A stretch of 64,000 nt of DNA from Candidatus Omnitrophota bacterium (lineage in GTDB: Bacteria > Omnitrophota > Gorgyraeia > Zapsychrales > JANLHA01): positions 10,916 to 74,915 of the forward strand of contig JBFMEN010000003.1 in NCBI GenBank assembly GCA_040753435.1, given 5' to 3'. Below the pieces are notes generated by a model. That model was not told the DNA's origin. It saw only the letters and a list, made by a program, of their open reading frames with translations, and searched no databases. Shown piece by piece: positions 26,937 to 35,911 of the stretch. The position numbers and the translations under genes were made by a program. Every line of letters begins with the position of its first letter. Positions within the stretch are counted from its first letter, which is position 1.

Positions 26937-28841
26937 ATGTTTCGTGTCCTTTCGAATGCTCTATTCTTGCCAATGCTGTTGATAATGCTTTCTGGAACGG
27001 CGCTTCCTCTTCCGGAAGAGGAAAAATTGGTCTATGGCGAAGCCACATTTGACCGTTCGGGAAAGGTTTTTACGGTCAATCAGAACAGCAGCCAGCTGAT
27101 CGTTAATTACAATCGTTTCTGGATCGGCAAGTCGGAGACAGTGAGGTTCAATCAGCCCGGTATTTCCAGTGTTGTTTTAAACAGGGTGACTGGTTCAAGC
27201 CCTTCAAATATTTTCGGAACACTCTCCGCCAATGGTCAGGTCTTTCTTGTCAATCCGAACGGGATTGTGTTTGGAAGAAACGCCACGGTTGACGTCGGAG
27301 GACTTGTCGCCTCGACTTTGAAGATTTCCAACGATGATTTTAAAAACGGCAATTATGTTTTTACTGGCCGCAGCGGAACGATCGGGAATTTCGGAACGAT
27401 TCAATCCCGTGCGGGAGGATATGTGGCCCTTTTATCGCCGCAAATAAAAAACGGAGGTTCTGTGGTCGCGACCCTGGGAAGGGTAGTTCTGGCGTCAGGA
27501 GAGAGGATTACCCTTGGTCTCGATTCCGGGAATTTGATCGGTGTCGCCGTTAACGAAGAAGTCACTAAAAGCCTGGCTGCTGCAGATGCCGCCATTGAAA
27601 ATTTCGGCAGTGTTAAATCTGACGGTGGCAAGGTTATTCTGACCGCCAAGACACTTAACACGGTTTTTGATCATGCCATTAATAATGACGGGATCATTGA
27701 AGCAAACGGTTTTGGGGATCACGACGGGGAAATTCTGCTGCTGGCCGACAATGATATTACAGTTGGGGGACGCCTTGAAGCGGCGGGAGATATCCGGATC
27801 ATTTCCACCGAAGGGAACGTCGTGCATCAATTAAGTTTTATCGAAGGCGATTTAAACGGAGATGTGATCACCGGATCCGGTTTTTATGGGTCTGCTGGTA
27901 ACGATTATGTCCTGAAGAACGGAATCATGATCAGCAGTCCCTACGAGACTTTTGATATTTCGGCCGGGAACAATGTGATCATCGGCTCGGATGGAGAGGA
28001 TGCCATCAGTGTTCTTCAATGGGGATATGGGTCAGGAGACCGCGGGTTTAAATTACGGGAGGTCGGTTATTATACTACAGAGAGCGGCAGAATTTTTTAT
28101 CATCCCCTTATGATCAGCGATGATATCGGAAAAGACGGGGCCCTCATGGGGGGCGCTCGCTCGGTTTATGGCGAACCGGGATTTGAATTTTATGTCACGT
28201 TTCTTGATTATATGGCGAAGCCGCTAACCTTTTTTAGTGAAATGGCATTGAACAAGAAAGGGTTGGATCATGAGAACAGGATTGGAGATCAGTCTATTTG
28301 GGAGGATGGCGGCGACAACGATTTTAATGATGCCCAACTTGTTTTTGTGACAGAAACTTTCAAGGTGTCTGCTTCGCCGCAAATTCCCAAACCGCCAGCC
28401 CCGCCTGATCCTCCTGAACCGCCTGATCCTCCCGAACCGCCTGATCCTCCTGAACCGCCTGATCCTCCCGAACCGCCTGATCCTCCCGAACCGCCTGATC
28501 CTCCTGAACCGCCTGATCCCCCTGAACCGCCTGATCCTCCTGAACCGCCTGATCCTCCTGAGCCTCCGGATATTCCAGAAATTCCTGCCGCCGGTTCCGT
28601 TGACTCTTTGCTTCGAAAAGGGAAAGAATATTCGGATAACTTTTCTGTTTATTATGAAATTCTTTTTCCAAGTCAATTCCTGAGTTTTGAACCGGTTGCT
28701 GCAGTCGGACTTTACGCGTATCATCCATTGACTTTGGTGGATGAGAGCGCCTTTGACAATATTAGACTTGATATCGATGCCTATGAATTCGTTGAAGATC
28801 AAATTAGAAAGAAAAGGTTTTCTCCTTATTTTGGAGAATAA
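26937..28841 (+). CDS. TPS-domain (hemagglutination-activity domain) secreted protein with a (PEPPDP)n spacer: a short TpsA-like exoprotein
   Basis: Signal peptide, then NYNRFWIGKSETVRFNQPG..SVVLNRVTGSSPSNIFGTLSANGQVFLVNPNGIVFG. These are the classic NxxGI..N.F..F / NPNGI motifs of two-partner-secretion TpsA N-termini. A beta-helix-like G/N-rich body follows, then 12 copies of PEPPDP and a C-terminal ~90-aa domain. Confidence 0.75.
   Translation: MFRVLSNALFLPMLLIMLSGTALPLPEEEKLVYGEATFDRSGKVFTVNQNSSQLIVNYNRFWIGKSETVRFNQPGISSVVLNRVTGSSPSNIFGTLSANGQVFLVNPNGIVFGRNATVDVGGLVASTLKISNDDFKNGNYVFTGRSGTIGNFGTIQSRAGGYVALLSPQIKNGGSVVATLGRVVLASGERITLGLDSGNLIGVAVNEEVTKSLAAADAAIENFGSVKSDGGKVILTAKTLNTVFDHAINNDGIIEANGFGDHDGEILLLADNDITVGGRLEAAGDIRIISTEGNVVHQLSFIEGDLNGDVITGSGFYGSAGNDYVLKNGIMISSPYETFDISAGNNVIIGSDGEDAISVLQWGYGSGDRGFKLREVGYYTTESGRIFYHPLMISDDIGKDGALMGGARSVYGEPGFEFYVTFLDYMAKPLTFFSEMALNKKGLDHENRIGDQSIWEDGGDNDFNDAQLVFVTETFKVSASPQIPKPPAPPDPPEPPDPPEPPDPPEPPDPPEPPDPPEPPDPPEPPDPPEPPDPPEPPDPPEPPDIPEIPAAGSVDSLLRKGKEYSDNFSVYYEILFPSQFLSFEPVAAVGLYAYHPLTLVDESAFDNIRLDIDAYEFVEDQIRKKRFSPYFGE
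28390..28570 (+). repeat. 18-bp in-frame tandem repeat (ccgcctgatcctcctgaa), about 10-12 copies encoding (PEPPDP)n
   Basis: Read directly in the sequence; third-position variants (cct/ccc) occur between copies. Confidence 0.85.
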
Positions 28842-28920
28842 ACTTTGTTCGCAGCTTGACACGGGATTCAATCCGAGTAAGATGAACTAGTTTGGCGAAA
28901 TAAAGATAACTGGAAAGATC

Positions 28921-29541
28921 ATGAAAACACGAAAAGTTCTTTTAACCATTTTGATCATCCTTGCCTGTGTGGCGGCCTTTCAATGGGGATGGTTTTTTTA
29001 TCGGTCTTCCAAGGATGATCCGTTTAAAATTAGTTCGAAAAGGGTGAAAGGAACACCCGATGCGGCCGTTAAGATTATTGAATACACGGATTACCGCTGC
29101 AGTTTTTGCTCGGGCGCTTCTAATTGGCTTAACAAGATTATGAGGAAAAACCCCGGATCAATCTATTTAGAAGTTAGGTACTTTCCCTTGCATTTGAATG
29201 ATGGGGCCTTAACGGCTAGGTTCGCCGAGTGCGCGTTACGTCAAAATAAATTCTGGGCTATTCATGACGATTTGATGACTCAGCAATCGAAATGGATAAG
29301 GCTTCCCAATTCAGAATCCTTTTTTCTTGATTTGGCCGTTAAACATCGTTTGGATGTGGGACAGTTGAAAACATGCTGGTCAGATCCGGAGCTTTATGAT
29401 TCCATTATGGATCTTAAGGACCAAGGAAAGGATTTGGGGGTAACGGCAACGCCGACATTTTTTGTGAATGGGAAAATGGCGGTTGGAGTTAATGATTTGA
29501 AGACGGAACTTAACCGTTTATTGGGAACGGAACTTGAATAA
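28921..29541 (+). CDS. DsbA-like thiol:disulfide oxidoreductase (thioredoxin fold), membrane-anchored or secreted
   Basis: An N-terminal TM/signal segment and a CSFC redox motif in the context YTDYRCSFCSGAS. 206 aa. Confidence 0.65.
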   Translation: MKTRKVLLTILIILACVAAFQWGWFFYRSSKDDPFKISSKRVKGTPDAAVKIIEYTDYRCSFCSGASNWLNKIMRKNPGSIYLEVRYFPLHLNDGALTARFAECALRQNKFWAIHDDLMTQQSKWIRLPNSESFFLDLAVKHRLDVGQLKTCWSDPELYDSIMDLKDQGKDLGVTATPTFFVNGKMAVGVNDLKTELNRLLGTELE

Positions 29542-29670
29542 AATCCTTTTTCATTTCAGTCATTGCGGCTGAATTTATTCTCAGAAAATTTCCCGCTAGG
29601 TGTTTCGGCGCCTCCGTTTATTTTTCAGTTCAATTTCCCCTTGTCTGGAGTCCCCATGATGATTTTCCCC

Positions 29671-29699
29671 TTGCCACATTCGGAGTGGATATATATAAT
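29671..29699 (+). promoter_or_regulatory. Sigma-70-like promoter upstream of trxA (TTGCCA-N17-TATAAT)
   Basis: ttgcca at 29671..29676, a 17-nt spacer, then tataat at 29694..29699, about 88 nt upstream of the trxA ATG, with an AAAGAGGAGG RBS. Confidence 0.45.
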
Positions 29700-29786
29700 A
29701 CGTTGATTTATTATATATATTAAGTTTTGAAATAGTACTCTTTGAAAAGTAACAACTTAGATTTTTAATTTAAAGAGGAGGAATTT

Positions 29787-30107
29787 ATGCCTGCTGATCA
29801 TTTAAAACCCAGTAATTTTCAAAGCCAGGTGTTAAGGTCAGATATCCCTGTGTTAGTTGACTTTTACGCTGACTGGTGCGGACCATGCAAAATGCTTTCC
29901 CCCATTGTTGACCAGCTTTCCGATGAACTTGAGGGCAAGGCCAAGGTTTTTAAGCTGAATGTCGATGAAGGCCAGGAGATTGCAGCCCAGTATAATATTA
30001 TGTCGATTCCCAACCTTTTGCTTTTTAAGAATGGAGAAGTCGCAGTTCAGATGGTGGGGGCGATGCCAAAGGATCAATTACTGGCAAAAATGAAACCCCA
30101 CATATAA
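29787..30107 (+). CDS. trxA: Thioredoxin
   Basis: WCGPCK active site; 106 aa; strong RBS. Confidence 0.9.
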   Translation: MPADHLKPSNFQSQVLRSDIPVLVDFYADWCGPCKMLSPIVDQLSDELEGKAKVFKLNVDEGQEIAAQYNIMSIPNLLLFKNGEVAVQMVGAMPKDQLLAKMKPHI

Positions 30108-30144
30108 TTATTAATTTTTTAGAGGGTCCCGGAGGAATATTCAG

Positions 30145-30513
30145 ATGCTGATCCAATTCTGCAAGTCTAAAATCGCTTATGCTACTATTACCAAGGCAGA
30201 ACTGTATTATGAGGGCAGCCTTACTATTGATGCAGAGTTTCTTGATAAAACAGGAATTATGCCTGGAGAAAAAGTCGAGGTATTGAATGTGAACAATGGC
30301 TCCCGTATTGAGACTTATGCTATTGCGGGGGAACCGGGATCAGGTGTTATTTGTTTGAACGGGCCGGCTGCTCACAGCGGGAGAGTCGGAGACCAGGTCA
30401 TCATTTTGAGTTATGCCTTTATGACGCCTGAAGAAGCAGGCAAGTTTAAGACTAAAATAATACATTTGGATAAAAATAATAAGGTTAAAATGCTTCTTGG
30501 TTCTCAAAACTGA
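30145..30513 (+). CDS. panD: Aspartate 1-decarboxylase (pyruvoyl-dependent)
   Basis: MLIQFCKSKIAYATITKAELYYEGSLTID. The G-S self-cleavage site and overall PanD colinearity are present. Confidence 0.9.
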   Translation: MLIQFCKSKIAYATITKAELYYEGSLTIDAEFLDKTGIMPGEKVEVLNVNNGSRIETYAIAGEPGSGVICLNGPAAHSGRVGDQVIILSYAFMTPEEAGKFKTKIIHLDKNNKVKMLLGSQN

Positions 30514-30527
30514 GGACTAAAGGGTTC

Positions 30528-31025
30528 ATGATGAGAAAAGCAATTTTGGCTATCCGGACTTTGGGAGATTCTTGCCTTCGACAACCAGCAATGAAGCTGG
30601 ACCATGTCGGTCCGTCTGAACGTATTTTAATCCAGGCAATGATTAAAACTTTATATGATGCGGATGGGGTAGGGCTGGCGGCGCCACAGATAGGAATCAA
30701 TAAACAGATTGCCGTAATCGATGTCGGTAACGGTCCGATTGTGCTGGTTAATCCGCAAATTATAAAAACCCGGGGGGAAGAGGAATTTGAAGAAGGGTGT
30801 TTAAGCATACCTGGTGTATCTGCAAGGATAAAGAGGGCGAAAAACGTTTTAGTAAGATTTATCGATGAACAGAACAGGCAACAGGAAATGGAATGCGCTG
30901 GCTTGTTGGCCCGCGCTGTTCAGCACGAGTGTGATCATTTGCAAGGGAAGCTGATTATTGATTACATGAGTGACGACGAAAGACAAAAAGTCGTAAAGCT
31001 TTTCCCAGATGCAAAATTAAATTAA
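30528..31025 (+). CDS. def: Peptide deformylase
   Basis: GVGLAAPQIG, EGCLSIPG and HECDHLQG metal-binding motifs. Confidence 0.9.
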   Translation: MMRKAILAIRTLGDSCLRQPAMKLDHVGPSERILIQAMIKTLYDADGVGLAAPQIGINKQIAVIDVGNGPIVLVNPQIIKTRGEEEFEEGCLSIPGVSARIKRAKNVLVRFIDEQNRQQEMECAGLLARAVQHECDHLQGKLIIDYMSDDERQKVVKLFPDAKLN

Positions 31026-31029
31026 TCTC

Positions 31030-31941
31030 ATGGTTAATGCGCTTCCCGAAAAATTAGCCTCGCAATACGCTCTGCCAGCATGGTTCAGGCAGGAAATCCC
31101 CGATATTCCCAAGATTAAAAAGATGCAGATGCTGTTGCGGGACAGGAGACTTTCGACAGTTTGCGAAGAAGCCCGTTGTCCGAACATGGGGCAGTGCTGG
31201 GGACGCGGGGTGGCAACGTTCATGATTCTGGGCGAGGTTTGTACCCGTTCCTGTTCTTTTTGTAATGTGACCACTGGAAAACCCGCCATTCCCGATCCTT
31301 CAGAACCTGAACATGTTGCCGAAATGGTTAAAAATCTGGGATTAAAATATGCGGTGATTACTTCCGTTACGCGGGATGATCTTGAAGATGAGGGCGCTGA
31401 ACAATTTGCGCGGACGGTCCGCAGGATCAAACAAGCTAATCCGGGTGTTGCGGTTGAGCTTTTGATACCTGATTTTTCAGGACGGGAGTCCCTGATTGAA
31501 CGTGTTATTGCGGCTGCTCCTGAAGTCATTGGCCATAATATTGAAATGGCCGAACATTTGTTTCCTTTCATCAGGCCTCAAGCGGATTATCATCGTTCAT
31601 TAAAAGTTCTTAAAATGATTAAAAAGAAAGCGCCCGGGATTATGGTGAAATCGGGTTTCATGGTGGGGCTGGGGGAAACCGATGCCGATGTTGAAAAGAT
31701 GATGGAAGATATTCGTCAGGCCGGATGTGATATTTTGACCATAGGGCAATATTTGTCGCCGTCCCGTGGATTACGCCATGTCCCGGTTCAACGTTTTGTG
31801 CATCCGGAAGTTTTTGATCAATACCGGCAGCATTCCCTTCGAATGGGATTCAGTCATGTCCTGAGCGGGCCACTGGTCCGGAGTTCTTATATTGCGGAAT
31901 CAGGTTATGAGGCGTGCCGTGAACTATTGGAGAGGCCATGA
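31030..31941 (+). CDS. lipA: Lipoyl synthase
   Basis: The two Fe-S Cys clusters CEEARCPNMGQC and CTRSCSFC (radical SAM). Confidence 0.9.
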   Translation: MVNALPEKLASQYALPAWFRQEIPDIPKIKKMQMLLRDRRLSTVCEEARCPNMGQCWGRGVATFMILGEVCTRSCSFCNVTTGKPAIPDPSEPEHVAEMVKNLGLKYAVITSVTRDDLEDEGAEQFARTVRRIKQANPGVAVELLIPDFSGRESLIERVIAAAPEVIGHNIEMAEHLFPFIRPQADYHRSLKVLKMIKKKAPGIMVKSGFMVGLGETDADVEKMMEDIRQAGCDILTIGQYLSPSRGLRHVPVQRFVHPEVFDQYRQHSLRMGFSHVLSGPLVRSSYIAESGYEACRELLERP

Positions 31942-32915
31942 CTGCAAAAATTAAGGCGTTTATTTCCTTTTTTCTCCGTTTTGGTTTAAGCGCGGGTTTA
32001 TTGGGGTTATTATTTTTACAGATGAAAGATAAAGAGCGTCTTGCAGAACTTTTTCTTGCCGCCGATTTTCAATATCTTGTGTATGCTTTTCTTTTATTCG
32101 CATTGATTCATTATCTTTTGTTGATCCGCTGGCGGATTTTTATCAATGCGCTGGATTTAAATATCCCCTGGATGAACATGTCCCGTTATTTTTTCCTGGG
32201 ATTATTCGGGAATCTTTTTTTACCAAGCGCCATCGGGGGAGATATTATCAAGGCTGTCGGATTGTGTGTTAATGCGGAGAAAAAACCACGCATCGTGGCG
32301 TCTGTTTTACTGGATCGTCTGAGCGGATTTGCTTCCATGGTCATTGTTGCATCGTTCGGGCTACTCGTAGGGTTCGACTATCTGGATAATCCTGCTATCT
32401 GGCTGATGGTTTTCTTCATGGCGTTGGGCCTGATTTTCCTGGCCGCCGTGTTGCTGAACCAAAACCTTTACAATATTTTTTGTCAGATTTTTTGCTTTTT
32501 TCCTAAAATCAGGACCGCGGTGATGCAAATGCATTATGACGTTGTGCTGTTGAAAGACAGAAAGGACGCGATTGTCAAGGCGATTGCGTTGGCGTGTGCC
32601 GGCCAGGTTCTGCTGGCATTGGTATTTTTTCTGCTTGCGTTAGGAATGCATCAATCCGTTTCGATTTTCTTTTTCATTATTTTTACGCCGATCACTTGTG
32701 TTGCGGCATCTCTTCCATCCATCGGAGGTCTTGGTTTCCGGGAAGGGATGCTGGAATATTTGTTGGCAGGAGTTGGACTCGTTTCGGGTGTGGGAGTCGG
32801 CATCGGTCTGCTTGATTTTCTTTTTATGGTGATTGTGGGGATATTTGGATGGTTTTTCTTTTTATTAACAAAAGACAGAGAAAGCGTCGAATCCGCGTCC
32901 GCCCCGGCGAGTTAA
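31938..32915 (+). CDS. UPF0104 / lysylphosphatidylglycerol-synthase-TM-like (flippase-like) membrane protein
   Basis: Polytopic, with the characteristic GNLFLPSAIGGDIIKA motif; overlaps the lipA stop by 4 nt. Confidence 0.65.
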   Translation: MTAKIKAFISFFLRFGLSAGLLGLLFLQMKDKERLAELFLAADFQYLVYAFLLFALIHYLLLIRWRIFINALDLNIPWMNMSRYFFLGLFGNLFLPSAIGGDIIKAVGLCVNAEKKPRIVASVLLDRLSGFASMVIVASFGLLVGFDYLDNPAIWLMVFFMALGLIFLAAVLLNQNLYNIFCQIFCFFPKIRTAVMQMHYDVVLLKDRKDAIVKAIALACAGQVLLALVFFLLALGMHQSVSIFFFIIFTPITCVAASLPSIGGLGFREGMLEYLLAGVGLVSGVGVGIGLLDFLFMVIVGIFGWFFFLLTKDRESVESASAPAS

Positions 32916-32930
32916 TGGGGCAAGTCTTTC

Positions 32931-33422
32931 ATGGCTTTACATTATATTCTGGATGGCTACAATATTATTAAGTCGACTGACGGTCTGGCGGATTGCAAGC
33001 TGGAAGAAGGGCGCAAAAATCTGGTTGATATGATCCGGCGGGAGAGGCTTTGTGGAAGTTCCCGTAACAAGGTAACCGTCATATTTGATGGACGTAACGA
33101 TGTTTGGGGTTCTTTGAGGCAGGATGCGGTCAAAACCGTGTTTACGAATGGCGGAAGCGCAGACGACCTGATCAGGAGAATCGTTGAGGATGAACCCAAT
33201 GCCAAAAACCTTGTCATTGTTACTGATGATAAGGAACTGGCAAGTTATATTGGAAAATTAAACGCAAGAGTGATGGGCGTTAACGATTTTTTGTATCCTT
33301 CATTAAGAAGAAATGAGTCCGCAAGGAAAAAAGGACAGGAATCATCAAAAATGATTTCTTATCAAAGCCAGAAAAAAATTACAGAAGAGCTTGAGAAAAT
33401 CTGGCTTAAACGCGAGCCTTAA
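32931..33422 (+). CDS. NYN-domain (YacP/Rae1-like) ribonuclease-fold protein
   Basis: ILDGYNII...VIFDG...IVTDDKEL is the YacP-type PIN-like motif pattern. Confidence 0.7.
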   Translation: MALHYILDGYNIIKSTDGLADCKLEEGRKNLVDMIRRERLCGSSRNKVTVIFDGRNDVWGSLRQDAVKTVFTNGGSADDLIRRIVEDEPNAKNLVIVTDDKELASYIGKLNARVMGVNDFLYPSLRRNESARKKGQESSKMISYQSQKKITEELEKIWLKREP

Positions 33423-33429
33423 CGTCACT

Positions 33430-34194
33430 ATGATCATTCGTACTGTCATTAACTTTTTCTCGGGATTGGGCAATGCTCTTATTTTTTTTAAAGACGTGCT
33501 GGGCTGTATTTTAAGGGGCAGGATCCGATGGGGAGAAATTTTAAAACAGGTTTATGAGCAGGGCATTGAATCAACCATGATTATTGCGATGACGTCCGTT
33601 GCGACAGGAGCGGTTCTGGCCTTACAGGGACATGTCATGCTTTCACGGTTCGGGGCAAAGGAGTTTGTGGCGCATTTGGTAGCCTTGTCGCTTGTCAGGG
33701 AACTGTCTCCGGTTTTTGCCTCGTTTATTTTCTCGGGAAAAGCAGGCGCGCGCATTGCCGCGGAGCTGGGAACGATGAATGTGAATGATCAGATCGTGGC
33801 CACCAGGACTTTAGGTGTCGATCCTATCGAATATCTTGTTGTCCCGCGGATGCTGGCCTGCATACTTGTCCTTCCGGGACTGGTGGTGCTTTCAGAGGTC
33901 TTCGGGATCATCGGCGGTTATGTGATTTCGGTTTTCGATGCCGGTATTCCCGGAGTTGGCTATATTCAACAGACGATGAAAGCCATTAACTTTGTCGATT
34001 TTTTCAGCGGGTTTATTAAAACCATATTCTTCGCAGTTTTTATTTCATGGATTTGTTGTTATCAGGGGTTTGTGACGAGAGGGGGTTCTCTCGGAGTCGG
34101 TCAATTCACAACAAAAGCAGTGGCTTTGTCGTATATCGTCGTCATTATATCAAATACCGTTTTAACCAAGGTTATTCTTAATTTTTGGGGATAG
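33430..34194 (+). CDS. mlaE: ABC transporter permease MlaE (phospholipid transport)
   Basis: Conserved MlaE/Ttg2B core (EQGIESTMIIAMTSVATGAVLALQG..REL.PV..S...GKAGARIAAELGTM). The start was trimmed from the ORF-track 33391 to the internal ATG. Confidence 0.85.
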   Translation: MIIRTVINFFSGLGNALIFFKDVLGCILRGRIRWGEILKQVYEQGIESTMIIAMTSVATGAVLALQGHVMLSRFGAKEFVAHLVALSLVRELSPVFASFIFSGKAGARIAAELGTMNVNDQIVATRTLGVDPIEYLVVPRMLACILVLPGLVVLSEVFGIIGGYVISVFDAGIPGVGYIQQTMKAINFVDFFSGFIKTIFFAVFISWICCYQGFVTRGGSLGVGQFTTKAVALSYIVVIISNTVLTKVILNFWG

Positions 34195-34209
34195 GATAAA
34201 GGGGGGGCC

Positions 34210-34548
34210 ATGAAGAAGTTTCTCTTATTAGCCGTTTGTTTGGTGTTGTCCGGATGTTCCTCGGTTGAAAGAAATCAGGGGACGATGGCCAAGTATTCCG
34301 TCCCCGATGAGGAGGCCCGGTGGATACAGAATGGGAATCCCATAGACTTTGAAGACAGGTTGTGGTATCCGCAGGACCGATTCGATGTTCTTCTTGACTC
34401 TGAAGTTTATTACAAAGGGGAGTATCGGGGAGTTCCTTTTTTCGTTGAAAAGGTTGATATAAAGCCATATAACAAAATTTTTACAAAATTCGGTCGCAAC
34501 AAGTTTCGCGTTTACCGACCCGTTAATAAAAATGATCAAAGTCTCTGA
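34210..34548 (+). CDS. Small lipoprotein (hypothetical) embedded in the mla operon
   Basis: MKKFLLLAVCLVLSGCSS lipobox; 112 aa; lies between mlaE and mlaF and overlaps the mlaF start. Confidence 0.5.
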   Translation: MKKFLLLAVCLVLSGCSSVERNQGTMAKYSVPDEEARWIQNGNPIDFEDRLWYPQDRFDVLLDSEVYYKGEYRGVPFFVEKVDIKPYNKIFTKFGRNKFRVYRPVNKNDQSL

Positions 34549-35260
34549 TTTATACAAAAGTTATGAAGGGCAGACGGTCCTTGAGGGAATCAACCTTGAG
34601 ATCGCCGAAGGAGAGTTTTGCGCGATTCTGGGCGGCAGCGGGTCGGGGAAAAGTGTTTTGCTGCGTCATCTGATCGGCCTTGAGAAGCCCGATCACGGAC
34701 ATGTGTTTATTAACGGCACGGATATCACCCTTTTGTCTGAAGGGGATTTGCTGACCGTGCGTAAAAACATCGGATATTTGTTTCAGGCCGGGGCGCTTTA
34801 TGATTCGTTTACCGTCCGCGAGAATGTAGCCTTTCCGCTTTCTGAACATACGAAGATGAGCTGGGAAGAAATCTGGAGAAAGGTTGATGAACTGCTTGAA
34901 CAAGTTGGGCTTGAGGCGGCGAAAGATAAACTTCCTTCGGAATTAAGCGGGGGGATGAACAAGAGGGCGGCATTGGCGCGGGCGGTTGTGATGGATTCAA
35001 AGATATTGTTATGTGATGAACCGACATCGGGTCTGGATCCGATCCTGAGTAGGGAAATTTCCGACCTGATTAAGAATGTTTCACGTCAGCTTAAGAGTAC
35101 AACGGTTGTCACTTCCCACGATGTCAATAACGCGCTCCGGATAGCGGATCGGATTGTTCTGATTAAAGACAAGCGGATCCTTATGCAAGGAACACCTGCG
35201 GAGTTTCGTCATACGAAGGATTTCTTTATCAGAGATTTTTTGGATGTTTGCAGAGTATAG
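34532..35260 (+). CDS. mlaF: ABC transporter ATP-binding protein MlaF
   Basis: Walker A GGSGSGKS, signature LSGGMNKR and Walker B LLCDEP. Confidence 0.9.
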   Translation: MIKVSDLYKSYEGQTVLEGINLEIAEGEFCAILGGSGSGKSVLLRHLIGLEKPDHGHVFINGTDITLLSEGDLLTVRKNIGYLFQAGALYDSFTVRENVAFPLSEHTKMSWEEIWRKVDELLEQVGLEAAKDKLPSELSGGMNKRAALARAVVMDSKILLCDEPTSGLDPILSREISDLIKNVSRQLKSTTVVTSHDVNNALRIADRIVLIKDKRILMQGTPAEFRHTKDFFIRDFLDVCRV

Positions 35261-35296
35261 GTTTGTTGATAGCCAAACAAGTACCTGGAGGAGGCA

Positions 35297-35890
35297 ATGC
35301 AGCATAAAGATCAGTTTCAAAAAGTTACGGCTGGCGCTTTCCTGTTTTTTTGTATTGTATTGATTGTCATCGTTATTTTTACGATTGGTCTTGGTAAGGG
35401 GTTTACTGAGCCGAAAATAAAAATGACGGTCATTTTCGGAAAAGTGGGCGGTCTTTCCATCGGCGCGCCTGTCCGTCTGTCAGGTGTGACCGTCGGAACA
35501 GTGGCTGAAATCGATTTTTTGGAAACAGAAGTTGACGGCCGCGGGGTCAGGGTTGTCCTGAATGTGTATAAAAAATATATCGGTCAGCTTAGGAAGATCA
35601 GTCAGGTCGCCATTGTGACAGAAGGGGTTTTAGGTGAAAAAATGGTCGAAATTTCCGCGGAACCGTCCATGCATATCGAAGATCTGGATTTGCCGTTGAT
35701 TGGGGAAGATCCGATTGAAGTCAGGGACCTGGCCGAGACATTTGACAGCACTGCCGCCGCCTTGCTGCAAACATCGGAGCGAATTGCGGTCATTCTTGAA
35801 GAGGTGGAAGATTTATCTGGCATCGCCCGCCGGTTGCTTAACCGTATCGAACAAAGGGTTATCGATGGTAATCTGTTTAAGGTCTTTTAA
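35297..35890 (+). CDS. mlaD: MCE-domain periplasmic substrate-binding component MlaD
   Basis: An N-terminal TM anchor, then an MCE fold (GAPVRLSGVTVGTVAEI). Confidence 0.8.
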   Translation: MQHKDQFQKVTAGAFLFFCIVLIVIVIFTIGLGKGFTEPKIKMTVIFGKVGGLSIGAPVRLSGVTVGTVAEIDFLETEVDGRGVRVVLNVYKKYIGQLRKISQVAIVTEGVLGEKMVEISAEPSMHIEDLDLPLIGEDPIEVRDLAETFDSTAAALLQTSERIAVILEEVEDLSGIARRLLNRIEQRVIDGNLFKVF

Positions 35891-35911
35891 TTTGAAAGGA
35901 ATGGAAACGGT

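Noticed and set aside
28224-28871. Minus-strand ORFs 28224..28871 and 28360..28728 with RRFRRIRRF-type repeats
   Set aside because: Antisense artefact of the (PEPPDP)n 18-bp repeat inside the TPS-domain gene.
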